Shown in pieces: positions 38,791 through 49,350 of a DNA stretch of 64,000 nt. The notes beneath the pieces are model-generated. The model ran no database searches, was not told the DNA's origin, and worked only from the letters and a program-made list of their open reading frames with translations. Within the stretch, counting starts at the first letter, position 1; each line of letters starts with the position of its first letter. The translations under genes and the position numbers were made by a program. The DNA comes from Chloroflexota bacterium (lineage in GTDB: Bacteria > Chloroflexota > UBA11872 > UBA12225), in the NCBI GenBank assembly GCA_030447525.1, contig JAUJOR010000010.1, forward strand, positions 141,113-205,112. Direction: 5' to 3'.

Positions 38791-39597
38791 TCAACGGCGC
38801 AGCAGCCCACCACCGTCGAAGACGTAGGTGCCGCCGACGGCGAAGCTGGCGTCGTCTGAGCACAAGAACGCGATCGCCCGGGCGAGCTCGACGGCCTCGG
38901 CCGTGCGCCCCAGCCAGCGGGGGTCGAAACGCTCCTCGATGTCCGCCCGCGTCTTGCCCTCCAGGGCCAGACGTTTCTCGGTCAGGCCGGTGTAGACGGC
39001 GCCGGGGCAGACGCAGTTCACGCGGATGCCGTCGGCGACGTAGTCGATGGCCATCTCACGCGAGAGCGTCAGCACCCCACCCTTGGAGGCGGCGTACGGG
39101 GCGTTGTGCTTCAACGGCGTGAAGGCCTGCACCGAGGAGATGTTGACCACGGCCCCGCCGCGGACACGCAGGTGCGGGATGGCGTACTTACTGACCAGGT
39201 ATGTCCCTTTGAGATTGACGCCCAGGACGTGATCCCACTCGTCTTCCTCGGTGCTCTCGACTGTATGGTTGGGCAGCCCGATGCCGGCGGCGTTGACCAG
39301 GATGTCGATCCCGCCGAACGTTTCGCAGGCCGCTTGCGCCAGGCGCTCGGCATCGGCGCGCTTGGACACGTCGACGCGGACGAAGCGGGCGCGGCCACCA
39401 CGCCCCTCGATCCCGGTGACGACCCGCTCCCCGGCTTCCACGGTCCAGTCGCCGATGACGACGGCCGCCCCTTCGACGGCGAACAACTCGGCGGTGGCGC
39501 GGCCGATCCCAGAGGCGCCACCGGTGACGACCGCCACCCGGCCGGCGAACCGCGCCCGTACGCCTGACAGTCCCGACTGTGCCGTTGTCTCGTCCAT
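38791..39597 (-). CDS. SDR-family oxidoreductase
   Basis: It has the cofactor-binding motif VTGGASGIGRA, NAAG, and the catalytic YAASK triad. Confidence 0.8.
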   Translation of the reverse strand: MDETTAQSGLSGVRARFAGRVAVVTGGASGIGRATAELFAVEGAAVVIGDWTVEAGERVVTGIEGRGGRARFVRVDVSKRADAERLAQAACETFGGIDILVNAAGIGLPNHTVESTEEDEWDHVLGVNLKGTYLVSKYAIPHLRVRGGAVVNISSVQAFTPLKHNAPYAASKGGVLTLSREMAIDYVADGIRVNCVCPGAVYTGLTEKRLALEGKTRADIEERFDPRWLGRTAEAVELARAIAFLCSDDASFAVGGTYVFDGGGLLRR

Positions 39598-39854
39598 GCG
39601 TCGCGAGTATACGCCCTCCGCTGGGCCGGGAATTTGGCTCTGGGGGACGACGTAGGGCTGGAAGAGGAGTAGCTTCTTTTCTGTGGGGGGTGCCCCCCAC
39701 GCCCCATGCTCCTAAGCCCGCCGCCTGCGGCCTCGATCCCGAGCGCCAGGGCGGGCTCAGTCGGAGAGATCAATCACCACTGCCTCTCCAGCCTCGCCCT
39801 TATCGCCTTGCCGGCCGGGCCTCCGGGCTGGGAGTGCCGTTGACGAGGAAGGAG

Positions 39855-39874
39855 TGTTAGTGCAGAATAACACG
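39855..39874. promoter_or_regulatory. Candidate operator: inverted repeat GTGTTA-N8-TAACAC in the divergent SDR / IclR intergenic region
   Basis: Perfect 6-bp arms, AT-rich relative to the 70% GC background, lying just 5' of the IclR gene. Confidence 0.3.
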
Positions 39875-39944
39875 CGTGACAGCCCGTTCAATCCCGGTTA
39901 TTTCGAATGCCGCGCGAAATGGCCAGGCGGAAGGGGACGGCGTC

Positions 39945-40712
39945 GTGCCGCGGGCGCAGACGCGCAGCCTGCAGCGGGGGCTGGCGACGCTGGAGTACGT
40001 GGCGCAGGCGGGCGAGGTCAGCGTGTCGGAGGTGGCGGCGGCGCTGGGGTTGCCCCGCCCCTCGGCCCACATCCTCCTGCGTACCCTGACGGAGGCCGGG
40101 TACCTGCGCCAGGCCCGGCGCCGCGGGCGCTACCGCCCGGACCTGCGCGTGCTACAGGTGGCGCGAGACGTCTTAGCGCGGCTGGCCGTGCGGGAGCGGG
40201 CGGCCCCTCTGCTGCACGAGCTGGCCCAGGCGACGGGGCTCAGCGTCTACCTGGCTGTCCTCGCGCGGGGAGAGGCGATGACGGTAGACCGTGTCGTCCC
40301 CAAGCCCCGCCCGGCGGCGCGGGCGGACATCGGCGTGACCAACCCGGCCTACGCCTCGGCCATGGGCAAAGCGCTCCTGGCGTACCTCCCGCCGGCGGAG
40401 CTGGAGGGCTACCTGACTACGGTGCGCCTGGAGCCGGTGACCGAGCGGACGATCACCTCCGTGGCCGCCCTGCGGCGGGAGCTGGCCCGCGTGCTGGAGC
40501 AAGGCTACGCCCTCAGCGAAGGGGAGCACCGCCCGGGCGTGCGCAGCGTCGCCGCGCCGGTGTTCACCCACACCGGGGAGGCGGTGGCCGCCCTCTGCGC
40601 GCGCCACGACACTCCCGCCAGCGAGCCCCCGCCGGAGGCGCTCATCCGCAGCGTTGTGGAGGCCGCCGAGCGCATCTCGCACACCCTGGGCTACGGCGCC
40701 TTGCTCGAATGA
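39945..40712 (+). CDS. IclR-family transcriptional regulator
   Basis: The N-terminal HTH is SLQRGLATLEYVAQAGEVSVSEVAAALGLPRPSAHILLRTL and the C-terminal domain is the effector-binding domain. The GTG at 39945 is preceded by GAAGGGGA. An alternative GTG lies at 39876. Confidence 0.65.
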   Translation: MPRAQTRSLQRGLATLEYVAQAGEVSVSEVAAALGLPRPSAHILLRTLTEAGYLRQARRRGRYRPDLRVLQVARDVLARLAVRERAAPLLHELAQATGLSVYLAVLARGEAMTVDRVVPKPRPAARADIGVTNPAYASAMGKALLAYLPPAELEGYLTTVRLEPVTERTITSVAALRRELARVLEQGYALSEGEHRPGVRSVAAPVFTHTGEAVAALCARHDTPASEPPPEALIRSVVEAAERISHTLGYGALLE

Positions 40713-40826
40713 GCCTCCCGCCGGTGGGCCCGCCCGGTGTCCCCCCGCTCCGCAGGCGCTCGCCACCTCCGGCACAGCGGCGTTGCAGGCGTAGTGCCAT
40801 GACGTGGTGGTGGCTTGGTGGTGGCG

Positions 40827-41877
40827 CTACTTGGGGGCGATCACCGCCTCCACCTGGGCGCGGACGCGGGTCAGCCCGTCCTTCGCCGTGACCACGCCGT
40901 CCCAGATCTCGTTCAGGTTGTTGCCCCGGTAGAGCAGGCGCGCCCCCTGCGTGTCCAGGGTCTGGTTCGGCTGCGTCTGGTGGTTGAAGGACTCCACGAT
41001 CAGCTCCATGTTCGCCGGCGGTTTCCCCTAGTTCGCCGCGATGTAGTCCTTGGCGCAGGTCTTCTTCGCCAGAATGACGTTAGCCGTTGTCGATGAAGAT
41101 GCGGGCGACGTCCTCGTCGGTGAAGAACTGCAGCAAGCGCCAGCCGTTGTCCGGGTGCTTGGCCCCCATCGCCAGGGCGTAGGTCTGGATGCTGGCCTCC
41201 ATCATGCGCTTCGCCGGCATCGGCGTCGGCGTTACGTCCCAGGCGCAGGCGGTGTCGCGGCGCAGGCGGTTGATCGAGCCGGTGTTGGCGAACCACATCG
41301 CCAGCTGCTCGTTGACGAACATGTCGTTCCCCCCCTTGAGCTCGTTCGCCACCTGCCGGGTCGGCTGCACGCGGTGCCGGTTGGTCAGATCGGCGATCCA
41401 CTGCATGGCCTCGTGGCCGGGCGGGTCGGCCAGGGTGAACTGGCGCCCGTCCTTGCTGAAGATCCCGCTGGGGCTGCCGTTGTTCATCGAGAACGTCTGC
41501 TCGTTCCCGGTGTCGACGTAGAGGGAGGCGCCGTAGACCCCCGGTGGGGTCTGGGGGCGAGTCAACTGGCGCGCCGTCTCGACGAGGTCGTCGAACGTCC
41601 AGCCGGAGGGCTCCCACTTTGCCGGAGGCAGGGGGATGCCTCCTTCTTGAACAGGTCGGCGTTGTAGAAGATCAGGCGCGGGTTGGCGCCGAAGAACCAG
41701 GAGTAGTGCTTCCCGTCGTAGACGGGAAAGTCGTAGACGGCGGGAGAGAAGTCCGCGCAACGAATCATCGCCTCCCTCGCGCGCGGCGTTGCCGCCGGGC
41801 GTCCTCGCCGTTCTCGCTGCAGGCGCGCCCAAACACGCGCGAGCGAGGGTCTCCCCGCCCTGCGGCGCCCTGCTCAT
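40827..41877 (-). pseudogene. Sugar ABC SBP, N-terminally truncated and with at least two frameshifts
   Basis: SBP segments occur in three frames (YNADLFKKE; GWTFDDLVETARQL...LAMWFANTG; the C-terminal NEIWDGVVTAKDGLTRVRAQVEAV). No signal peptide is present. Confidence 0.55.
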
Positions 41878-42143
41878 TCCGAATAGCGCCCAGGGTACGC
41901 CGTGGCACCATACCTATCATGTACGGGAAGTATATGAGGTCGCCGGACGAGGGCGTCTGTCGTCTGGCCTTCCCTGCTGCTGTGACCGGCCACAGGGCCG
42001 GTTGCTTCGGAAGAGCGCCGTTTGACCGAGCCGGCGGGCTGAACTACCATGCCGGTCGAGGGGGGCTCGTTTGACGGACTCGCGCGCGGCTGAGGAGCGA
42101 TGTCCCGTTTGAGCCGACGAGATTGACACGGGGAGGGAGCACC

Positions 42144-43529
42144 ATGAGCCCGAAACAGGAACCGGTAGCCAGCACGGTGGGGCGGGCGACCCGCCGCGGG
42201 GTGGTACGCGTCGGCGCCGGGCTGGCCGGGCTCGGCGTCTTCGCCGCCTGCGGGCAGGCGGGGGGCTCTCCCGGGGCGGCCAGGCCGGCGCTGTTCAAGG
42301 AGCGTACGGTGCTGCGCTACCAGAGCTACAAGAACCCCGAGGAGCTGGCCGTCTTCCAGCAGGGCGTGCAGCGCTGGGTGGAGCGCGTCGGCAATGTGGA
42401 GGTCCAGACCGACATCGTCCCCCAGGGAGAGTACATCGAGAAGCTGCTGGTGCGCATCAGTGGGGGCGACCCGCCGGACATGATGGAGGTCAACGACCGC
42501 ATGTCCAGCGACTTCATCATGCGCGGTACGCTCCTCGAACTGACCGACCGCATCAAGCGCGACGGCAAGGAGGTCGACCTCGACGACGTCTTCCCGGCCT
42601 ACCGTGACGTGCTGCTCTACAAGGGCAAGCGCTACGGCATCCCGGACTACTGCGGCCCGACGGTGATGTACGTCAACAAGCTGTTCTTCCAGCAGGCCGG
42701 GCAGCCCCTGCCGGACGACTCCTGGGACTGGGACAAGTTCCTGGAGGTGGGGCGGATCCTCACCAAAGACACCAACGGCGATAAAGTGCCCGATCAGTTC
42801 CTGACCACCAACTCCCTGGGTGGCAGCCCCTCCTGGACGCCGATGCTGTGGTGGAGCTTCGGCGGCGACATGATCAAAGGGCCGGGGCCGCACCATCCGA
42901 ATGAGACGGAGTGGCTGCTCGACCGCCCGCCGGAGACCGCCCGGGCCAACGCGGCGGCGGTGGAGTACTGGGGTTCGCTCATCTACCGGCACAACGTCAT
43001 CCCGCAGCCGGGGCAGCGGGGGGACTTCCAGCGCACAGCCAACATCGCCACCGAGATCGCCGGGCGCTGGCTGGTGCCCATCTACCGCACGCTCGACTTC
43101 GTGCAGCAGGGCTACCTGACCATGGTGCTGCCGCCCAAGGGGCCCAAGGGACGCAAGGTGCGCAACTCGACCTTGAACGCCACCATCCCGATCAACGCCA
43201 AGCGCCCGGACGAGGCGTGGGAGCTGGTCAAGTTCCACACCGGCCCGGAGGGCATGTCGGTGGCGGTGGAGGGCCAGCGCACCAACTCCACCCGCAAGAG
43301 CGTGATGGAGGCGTTCAAGAAGTCCCTCCTGCCGTGGGAGAGCTATGACGTCTACGCCAAGGCCAACGAGCTGTTCACGCAGCCGATGCCCATGACCTAC
43401 AACTGGACGCTGGCGGAGCGGACGCTCAGCGATGGCTTGAACGCCGCCTACCGGGGCGAGAAGTCGGCCGGGCAGGCGCTCAAGGAACTCCAGGTGCAGC
43501 TCGACGAGCTGATGAAGCGCGGCCTGTAG
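42144..43529 (+). CDS. ABC transporter sugar-binding protein (Tat-lipoprotein)
   Basis: The ATG is preceded by GGAGGG. The signal is RATRRGVVRVGAGLAGLGVFAACG. Confidence 0.8.
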   Translation: MSPKQEPVASTVGRATRRGVVRVGAGLAGLGVFAACGQAGGSPGAARPALFKERTVLRYQSYKNPEELAVFQQGVQRWVERVGNVEVQTDIVPQGEYIEKLLVRISGGDPPDMMEVNDRMSSDFIMRGTLLELTDRIKRDGKEVDLDDVFPAYRDVLLYKGKRYGIPDYCGPTVMYVNKLFFQQAGQPLPDDSWDWDKFLEVGRILTKDTNGDKVPDQFLTTNSLGGSPSWTPMLWWSFGGDMIKGPGPHHPNETEWLLDRPPETARANAAAVEYWGSLIYRHNVIPQPGQRGDFQRTANIATEIAGRWLVPIYRTLDFVQQGYLTMVLPPKGPKGRKVRNSTLNATIPINAKRPDEAWELVKFHTGPEGMSVAVEGQRTNSTRKSVMEAFKKSLLPWESYDVYAKANELFTQPMPMTYNWTLAERTLSDGLNAAYRGEKSAGQALKELQVQLDELMKRGL

Positions 43530-43571
43530 GGGACCTGTTGCCCGTCGGGCCTCTCCAGCGAGGAGGATGTC

Positions 43572-43871
43572 ATGGCCGGTACACCTATGGAGAGGGGAGG
43601 GCGCAACGGCTGGACACGGCGCAGCGTGGTGGCGGGGCCGGCGGTGCTGCCGCTGGTCGGGAGCGCCCTGGCCGCCTGCAGTCCGCCGGGCTCGTCGGCC
43701 CCGGCCGCGGGGGCTACTCCGGCGACGCGGGGCCCGCTGACCATCGAGGTGCTGACCCGCGCTGGGGTGGGCAAGCCGACCGGCCACAGCCAAGGCCGTC
43801 CAACGCGCCGGCACCGTCCTGGCAGCGTAGGTGGCAGGGGCAGCATCGCCCAGATCATGCACCTCCCGTAG
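43572..43871 (+). pseudogene. N-terminal fragment of an SBP lipoprotein (Tat signal only)
   Basis: WTRRSVVAGPAVLPLVGSALAACS is followed by about 40 residues of SBP-like start and then non-homologous sequence. Confidence 0.35.
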
Positions 43872-43935
43872 CTCCGGGAACTGGACGACCGTGTGCCGCT
43901 GCCGCGCGATGGGCACAGGCGCCCGGCGTCCTCTC

Positions 43936-45246
43936 TCAGCCGCCGAGCAGCGCGGTGACTTCGCGCTCGATGTTCAGCGCGGCGTCCCTGGCCGAAATCT
44001 TCTGGTCGAGCAGGTCGGCGCGCTGGCGGGAGACGATGGCGTTCATCTCGTCCCAGGGCTTGACCAGCGGCTGCTGCTTCGCTTCCTTGGCGGCGTCCAA
44101 CCAGCGCTGCTTGTTGAGGTTCAGCACGTTGCGCTGCAAGAAGACGGTCTCCGCCACCGGCCGGTACCCGGGGATGTCGAACCCCCCGGCTCGCTCGACG
44201 TACGTGGCGCCCTCCGTCCCGGCGAAGGCCATGAATTCCCACGCCGCATCCTTTACTTTGGAGCTGGACCACATGGCGTAGCAGTCGGTGTACCAGCGGT
44301 GGAAGCGGGGCTTGGGGCCGATGGGACGGAGGACGAGCTCCGGCTGGAAGTCGAGGTTCTCCCACTGGGCCAGGATGTACGGACCGGCGTTGCCGAACAC
44401 CGCCTGCCGCCCGGCCCGCCACATGTCCACGCCCTGCGGTCGGTCGCCGCCGGTGCGGCGGGGCTGCACCCGGTGCGTGTGGGTGAGGTCGGACCAGAAC
44501 TGCAGCGCCTGCGACCCGCCGGGCGTCTGGTTGACCACGCTCTTCTTCTTGTCTTTGTCGAGGAACTCTGCCCCGAAGTCCCACCACAGGGGCCACGTCT
44601 CGGTGTAGTCGACCCCCCAGGTGTCGAGGTTGCCCTGAGCGTCCTGCTTGGCCACACGCTTGAGCACGTCCAGGAAGTCCTGGTGGGTCCAGGTCTTGTC
44701 GAAGTCCGGCCTGAGCGTCACCCCCGCCTTGTCCAGCAGCGCGCGGTTGATCGCCAGCACTCCGGCGCCCCACCCCTGGCTCACGCCGTACAGTCTGCCG
44801 CCCACTGACTGCTCGTCTATGGCCAGGGGGTAGAACTGCTCCGTCTTGAGCTTGGAGCGAGTGTAGAGCGGGGTGAGGTCTGCGAGCCCGCCAGCGCTCT
44901 GGAAGGGGATGATCCGCCGGGTGGTAGTCCAGATCACGTCGGGCGCCGACCCGCCGGCGAAGGCGGTGATCAGCTTGGCACCGTAGTCCGTCTCCGACCC
45001 GGAGTCGTTCGTCGCCTCAATCTTGTGATGGGGGAATCGCTTGCCGTACTCCGTGGCGGCGGCCTGCACCTTCTCCCATCCCGCCTGGTACAGGTTGCAC
45101 CAGTAGACGATCGTGGCAGGACCTCGGCCGGCACCCTGGGCAGGCTCGTCCTGCTGTGTCCGATCGGCGGCACACGCCGCTGCCAAGCTGCTCCCGGCCA
45201 CCGCCAGCATCGCCAGCACCGCTCGCCGCGTCGTGCCCTGCGCCAT
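43936..45246 (-). CDS. ABC transporter sugar-binding protein (Tat-lipoprotein)
   Basis: TRRAVLAMLAVAGSSLAAACA signal, with a full-length SBP fold. Confidence 0.8.
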   Translation of the reverse strand: MAQGTTRRAVLAMLAVAGSSLAAACAADRTQQDEPAQGAGRGPATIVYWCNLYQAGWEKVQAAATEYGKRFPHHKIEATNDSGSETDYGAKLITAFAGGSAPDVIWTTTRRIIPFQSAGGLADLTPLYTRSKLKTEQFYPLAIDEQSVGGRLYGVSQGWGAGVLAINRALLDKAGVTLRPDFDKTWTHQDFLDVLKRVAKQDAQGNLDTWGVDYTETWPLWWDFGAEFLDKDKKKSVVNQTPGGSQALQFWSDLTHTHRVQPRRTGGDRPQGVDMWRAGRQAVFGNAGPYILAQWENLDFQPELVLRPIGPKPRFHRWYTDCYAMWSSSKVKDAAWEFMAFAGTEGATYVERAGGFDIPGYRPVAETVFLQRNVLNLNKQRWLDAAKEAKQQPLVKPWDEMNAIVSRQRADLLDQKISARDAALNIEREVTALLGG

Positions 45247-45318
45247 ATCCACCATACCCTCCTTACGCCGCGAGTAGCGCACGCGCCGGTGCTGCTGTCA
45301 ACCTCTGCCGAGCGGGCG

Positions 45319-46485
45319 TCAGTCCGCGGCGGGCGGGGCCACGGGGGCGGTCTCCCAGGCCGCCGCCGCGGGCGACGCTTCCCACGCCGCCAGATCGAGC
45401 AGGCCCAGGCCGCGCCCGTACCCCGCCTCGTCGCCCTGGCGGTTGACCATGAATGCCAGCCAGCGCCCGTCCGGGCTGACGTTAGAGTTCGTCGCCCGCC
45501 AGGGGAAGCGCTCCACCATGCGTGTCAGGCGCACCCGCCGGCCCGAGCCGTCCAGCTTGAGCTTCCAGAGGTCGATGTTCTGGCCGTACGGCGGCGGCGT
45601 GTCCACGGAGCACTCCAGGCAGATGTGCTCGTGGTCGGGGAAGATCCCCTCGCACTCGTTGTGCACCCCGCCCTCGTACACGTACGTGCGCACCGCTCCC
45701 GTCTCCAGCTCCACGCCCTTCACGATGCACTTGGGCCGTGGAGACCCCCCCTCCCCTCCCACGTGGCGGTGGCGCACGTACTCGGCCATGATCACCTCCG
45801 CGTCCTCGCGTCCGCCGCGGTGGCGGAAGTCCTGCGGCTCAGGCGCCAGGTTGCTGCCGGACTCGGCGCGGTAGATGACGCGGTCTGCTCCCAGCCGCGC
45901 CACGCCGCCCTGCCCGCACTCCAGATCGGTCACGTGGCACTCGAACACGTCGGGCGCGCCGAGTGAGGGGTCGTTGCGTCCGCTCACCGCATAGGTGATC
46001 CGAGGCGCCACGGCCGAGACGCCGATGCCCTCGAAGATGCGCCGACCCAGCGGCAGCGGCGGGCGCAGCGCGCGAGCGTCCATCCACCACAGCTCGGACT
46101 CGACGCGCCGGCTGGTGTCGCGGTCCTTGAACTCGGCCGGGCCGATGAGCAGATAGTCGCCGGTAGGCAGGAACAGGACGCGCAGGAACGAGTGGAAGGT
46201 ACCCAGGTCGCGCGTAAGGTGGCGCAGCGCCCGTGTCTCGAGGTCGATCTCGCAGACGTCGCCGTAGTTCTTCTCGATGAACGCGATCCGCCGCCCATCG
46301 GGAGACCAGGCGGGGCGTTCCCCGAAGTCGGTCAGCTTCTGGTGCCAGGGAGGCGGGTCGTCCAGCGGGTGGGGTGTGCCCGGCGCGTCCGGCTGGTTGG
46401 GCCCGGCATACCCTGTGAAGTCGGGCGATGGCCATGCCCTGGCCGTCAGTCCGGCCCGGTCGTGCTGGGGGGGCTGTTGCGTCAT
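45319..46485 (-). CDS. TolB/PD40-like beta-propeller protein, possibly an oligogalacturonide lyase (PL22-like)
   Basis: 388 aa, the same length as PL22 Ogl. It has SPDGRRIAF / SPDGRWLAF propeller repeats and a His/Cys/Glu-rich central region. Confidence 0.4.
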   Translation of the reverse strand: MTQQPPQHDRAGLTARAWPSPDFTGYAGPNQPDAPGTPHPLDDPPPWHQKLTDFGERPAWSPDGRRIAFIEKNYGDVCEIDLETRALRHLTRDLGTFHSFLRVLFLPTGDYLLIGPAEFKDRDTSRRVESELWWMDARALRPPLPLGRRIFEGIGVSAVAPRITYAVSGRNDPSLGAPDVFECHVTDLECGQGGVARLGADRVIYRAESGSNLAPEPQDFRHRGGREDAEVIMAEYVRHRHVGGEGGSPRPKCIVKGVELETGAVRTYVYEGGVHNECEGIFPDHEHICLECSVDTPPPYGQNIDLWKLKLDGSGRRVRLTRMVERFPWRATNSNVSPDGRWLAFMVNRQGDEAGYGRGLGLLDLAAWEASPAAAAWETAPVAPPAAD

Positions 46486-46547
46486 TCCTGTCCCTCGTGC
46501 GGGTGGTGTCGTGGGTGCCTCTGGGCCGGCGCCCGCCGGTCATCGGA

Positions 46548-48152
46548 TCAGGGGAGCGCCTCGTAGGCGGGCAGCGTCAGGAACTCCGGGAAGTCCTCCG
46601 CCATCGCCACCTGCTCGAACACGCGCGCCGCCTCGTCGAGCCGGCTCTTGGCGACCAGCGCCGCACCCCACGCCCCGCGCAGCTTCTGGACCTCATCCTC
46701 CTGGAGGCGACGCACCAGGTCGCGCGTGACGGCGGGGCCCTCCTCGAGCCGGACGCCGTGGCGGACCCACTGCCAGACCTGCGCGCGCGAGATCTCGGCC
46801 GTGGCGGCGTCCTCCATCAGGTTGTTGATCGCCGCCGCACCCACGCCGCGCAGCCAGGATTCGATGTACTGGACGCCGACGCTGATGTTCGTCCGCACGC
46901 CGGCTTCGCTCACCGCGCCGCCGGGCACGGCGAAGTCAAGGAGGTCGGCAGCCGTGACGCTCACCTCCGGGCGCTGTTTCCCGAGCTGGTTGGGACGGTC
47001 GCCCAGGGCCTGGTCGAACACCTCGAGGGCCACCGGTACCAGATCGGGGTGTGCCACCCAGGTGCCGTCGAAGCCGTCGCGCGACTCGCGCTCCTTGTCC
47101 TCGCGCACCCGCGCCAGCGCGAGCTCGTTCACCTGCGGGTCGCGCCGGGAGGGGATAAAGGCGGCCATGCCGCCCATGGCGAAGGCCCCCCGCCGGTGGC
47201 ACGTCTTGACCAGCAGCTCGCTGTAGGCGCGCATGAACGGCACGGTCATGCTCACCTGCCCCCGGTCGGGCAGGACCTTGTCCGGCCGGTTCCGCAGCTT
47301 CTTGATGGCGCTGAAGATGTAGTCCCAGCGCCCGGCGTTGAGCCCGGCCGAGTGGTCCCGCAGCTCGTAGAGGATCTCCTCCATCTCGAAGGCCGCCGGC
47401 AGCGTCTCGACCAGCACCGTCGCCTTGATGCTCCCCTGGGGGAGGCCCACCCGCTCCTGGGCGAAGACGAAGACCTCGTTCCAGAGCCGCGCCTCGAGAT
47501 GACTCTCCAGCTTGGGCAGGTAGAAGTACGGCCCCGAGCCGCGATCCAGCAAGCGCCTGGCGTTGCGGCAGAAGTAGAGACCGAAGTCGAAGAGGCTCGC
47601 GCTCACCGGCCGCCCGTCCACCAGCAGGTGCTTCTCGTGCAGGTGCCAGCCGCGCGGCCGGACGAGCATAGTGGCCACCTGCTCGTTCAGCCGGTACACC
47701 CGGCCGTCGCCCTGGTCGAAGGAGATGGTGCGCTCAATGGCGTCGGTGAGGTTGATCTGCCCTTCGATCAAGTTCTCCCACGTGGGAGCGAGCGAGTCCT
47801 CGAAGTCCACCATGTAGCCGGGGGCGCCGGAGTTGAGCGCGTTGATCATCATCTTGCGCTCGACAGGGCCGGTGATCTCCACGCGCCGATTCTGGAGGTC
47901 GGCCGGCACCGGCGCCACGCGCCATTCCGCTTCGCGCACGCTGCGGGTCTCGGGCAGGAAGTCCGGCAGGCGGCCGGCGTCGAACGCCTCCTGCCGCTCC
48001 GCCCGGCGCGCGAGCAGGCGCTCCCGCGCGGGACCGAAGCGGCGCTGCAGCTCGGCGACGAACGCGAGGGCCTCGGGCGCGAGCACCTGTGCGTGGCGCT
48101 CGCCGACCGGGGCGCGGAGCTCGATCCCGGGTGCGCTGGACAGCTGAGTCAT
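46548..48152 (-). CDS. aceB: Malate synthase A
   Basis: 534 aa that align along their length with the malate synthase A family (for example [33 protein letters not shown] and the [17 protein letters not shown] catalytic region). Confidence 0.85.
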   Translation of the reverse strand: MTQLSSAPGIELRAPVGERHAQVLAPEALAFVAELQRRFGPARERLLARRAERQEAFDAGRLPDFLPETRSVREAEWRVAPVPADLQNRRVEITGPVERKMMINALNSGAPGYMVDFEDSLAPTWENLIEGQINLTDAIERTISFDQGDGRVYRLNEQVATMLVRPRGWHLHEKHLLVDGRPVSASLFDFGLYFCRNARRLLDRGSGPYFYLPKLESHLEARLWNEVFVFAQERVGLPQGSIKATVLVETLPAAFEMEEILYELRDHSAGLNAGRWDYIFSAIKKLRNRPDKVLPDRGQVSMTVPFMRAYSELLVKTCHRRGAFAMGGMAAFIPSRRDPQVNELALARVREDKERESRDGFDGTWVAHPDLVPVALEVFDQALGDRPNQLGKQRPEVSVTAADLLDFAVPGGAVSEAGVRTNISVGVQYIESWLRGVGAAAINNLMEDAATAEISRAQVWQWVRHGVRLEEGPAVTRDLVRRLQEDEVQKLRGAWGAALVAKSRLDEAARVFEQVAMAEDFPEFLTLPAYEALP

Positions 48153-48189
48153 CTGAAGCTCTCCTTGTACGGGTGCGGCGGGGAACGCC

Positions 48190-49335
48190 TCACGCGCCCC
48201 CTAGGGGCAGGGGCACGCTCTGGCCGGTCTCCACCGAGCGGTAGGCGGCGAGCACCAGCTCCAGGGACCGGCGCCCTTCTTCGCCCGGCACCGGCACCGG
48301 GCGCCCCTCGGCGATGGCGCGCAGGAGCGCGTCGATGGCCCCGGCGAAGCCACGGGGCGGCTGGGCCCCGGCGCCGGAAGGGGGCTGGAGCTGCACCTCC
48401 ACCGTCCCGTACAGCGGCGGCAGCCCCGCGGTCAGGGCGGCCCCGCCGGGCTCTGCCGCCGAACCCTCCAGCAGGGGCCGGGCGCTCTTGTAGGAGAAGA
48501 CGCGGATGCGGTCCTCCAGGTCCATCTGGACGGAGCCGTCCTCGCCGAAGAGCTGCAAGGGCATCAGGCCCCAGTTGGCGGCCATGCGCGGGTCGCGCAG
48601 CACGTACGACACCGTGCTTTCGGCGATGGCGCCGTTCCGGAACCGCAGCAGCACGATCCCGCTGTCTTCCGTGCGCCGGCTTTCCCCCAGCAGCCGGCTG
48701 GTGCCGGCGATGGCGGAGACGCTCTCCACGTCCCCTAGGAGCCAGCGCAGCATGTCCAGGGTGTGGATGGCGATGCCCCCGATCACGCCGTCGTGCTTCC
48801 AGTACGTCCGCTTCCGCCCGGGCTCCATGTGCTCCCAGGAGTAGGTGATGTCCTGGGGATACGCGCTCTTGGCCACGATAGGGCGCCCGATAACGCCCGC
48901 CTCGATCAGCTCCTTGATCTTCTGGTGGCGCGGCTCGAAGCGCTTGGTCTGGTCGACCATCAGCTGCACGCCCGCCTCACGCGCCGCGGCGATCATCGCG
49001 TCCGCCTCGTCCAGCGTGTTGGCGATCGGCTTCTCGACGAACACGTGCTTGCCGGCGCGTGCCGCCCCGATGGAGACCGGCGCGTGCAGGTCGTGGGGCA
49101 GACACACGTCCACCACGTCGACGTCGTCACGCGCCACCGCCTCCTCCCAGGAGGTCTCCCACCGCCCGGCGCCGTAGCGCCCGGCTGCCCGCTGCGCCAC
49201 CTCCGGACGCAGGTCCACGCACGATACCAGCCTCGCCAGCGGGTGCTCCTGGTACGCGGCAAGATGCGATCCGGAGACGCCGCCGCAGCCGACGACGCAC
49301 ACCCGCAGCGGCCGCGGGTCTGTCTGTCCCATCAC
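48190..49335 (-). CDS. Gfo/Idh/MocA-family NAD(P)-dependent oxidoreductase
   Basis: It has an N-terminal Rossmann fold ([16 protein letters not shown]) and the EKP motif (HVFVEKPIA). Confidence 0.8.
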   Translation of the reverse strand: MMGQTDPRPLRVCVVGCGGVSGSHLAAYQEHPLARLVSCVDLRPEVAQRAAGRYGAGRWETSWEEAVARDDVDVVDVCLPHDLHAPVSIGAARAGKHVFVEKPIANTLDEADAMIAAAREAGVQLMVDQTKRFEPRHQKIKELIEAGVIGRPIVAKSAYPQDITYSWEHMEPGRKRTYWKHDGVIGGIAIHTLDMLRWLLGDVESVSAIAGTSRLLGESRRTEDSGIVLLRFRNGAIAESTVSYVLRDPRMAANWGLMPLQLFGEDGSVQMDLEDRIRVFSYKSARPLLEGSAAEPGGAALTAGLPPLYGTVEVQLQPPSGAGAQPPRGFAGAIDALLRAIAEGRPVPVPGEEGRRSLELVLAAYRSVETGQSVPLPLGGA

Positions 49336-49350
49336 GAATGCCCTTCCCGT

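Noticed and set aside
39676-39693. GC hairpin GTGGGGGGtgCCCCCCAC considered as a terminator
   Set aside because: It lies upstream of both divergently transcribed genes, not downstream of any gene. It is more likely a regulatory or structural element.
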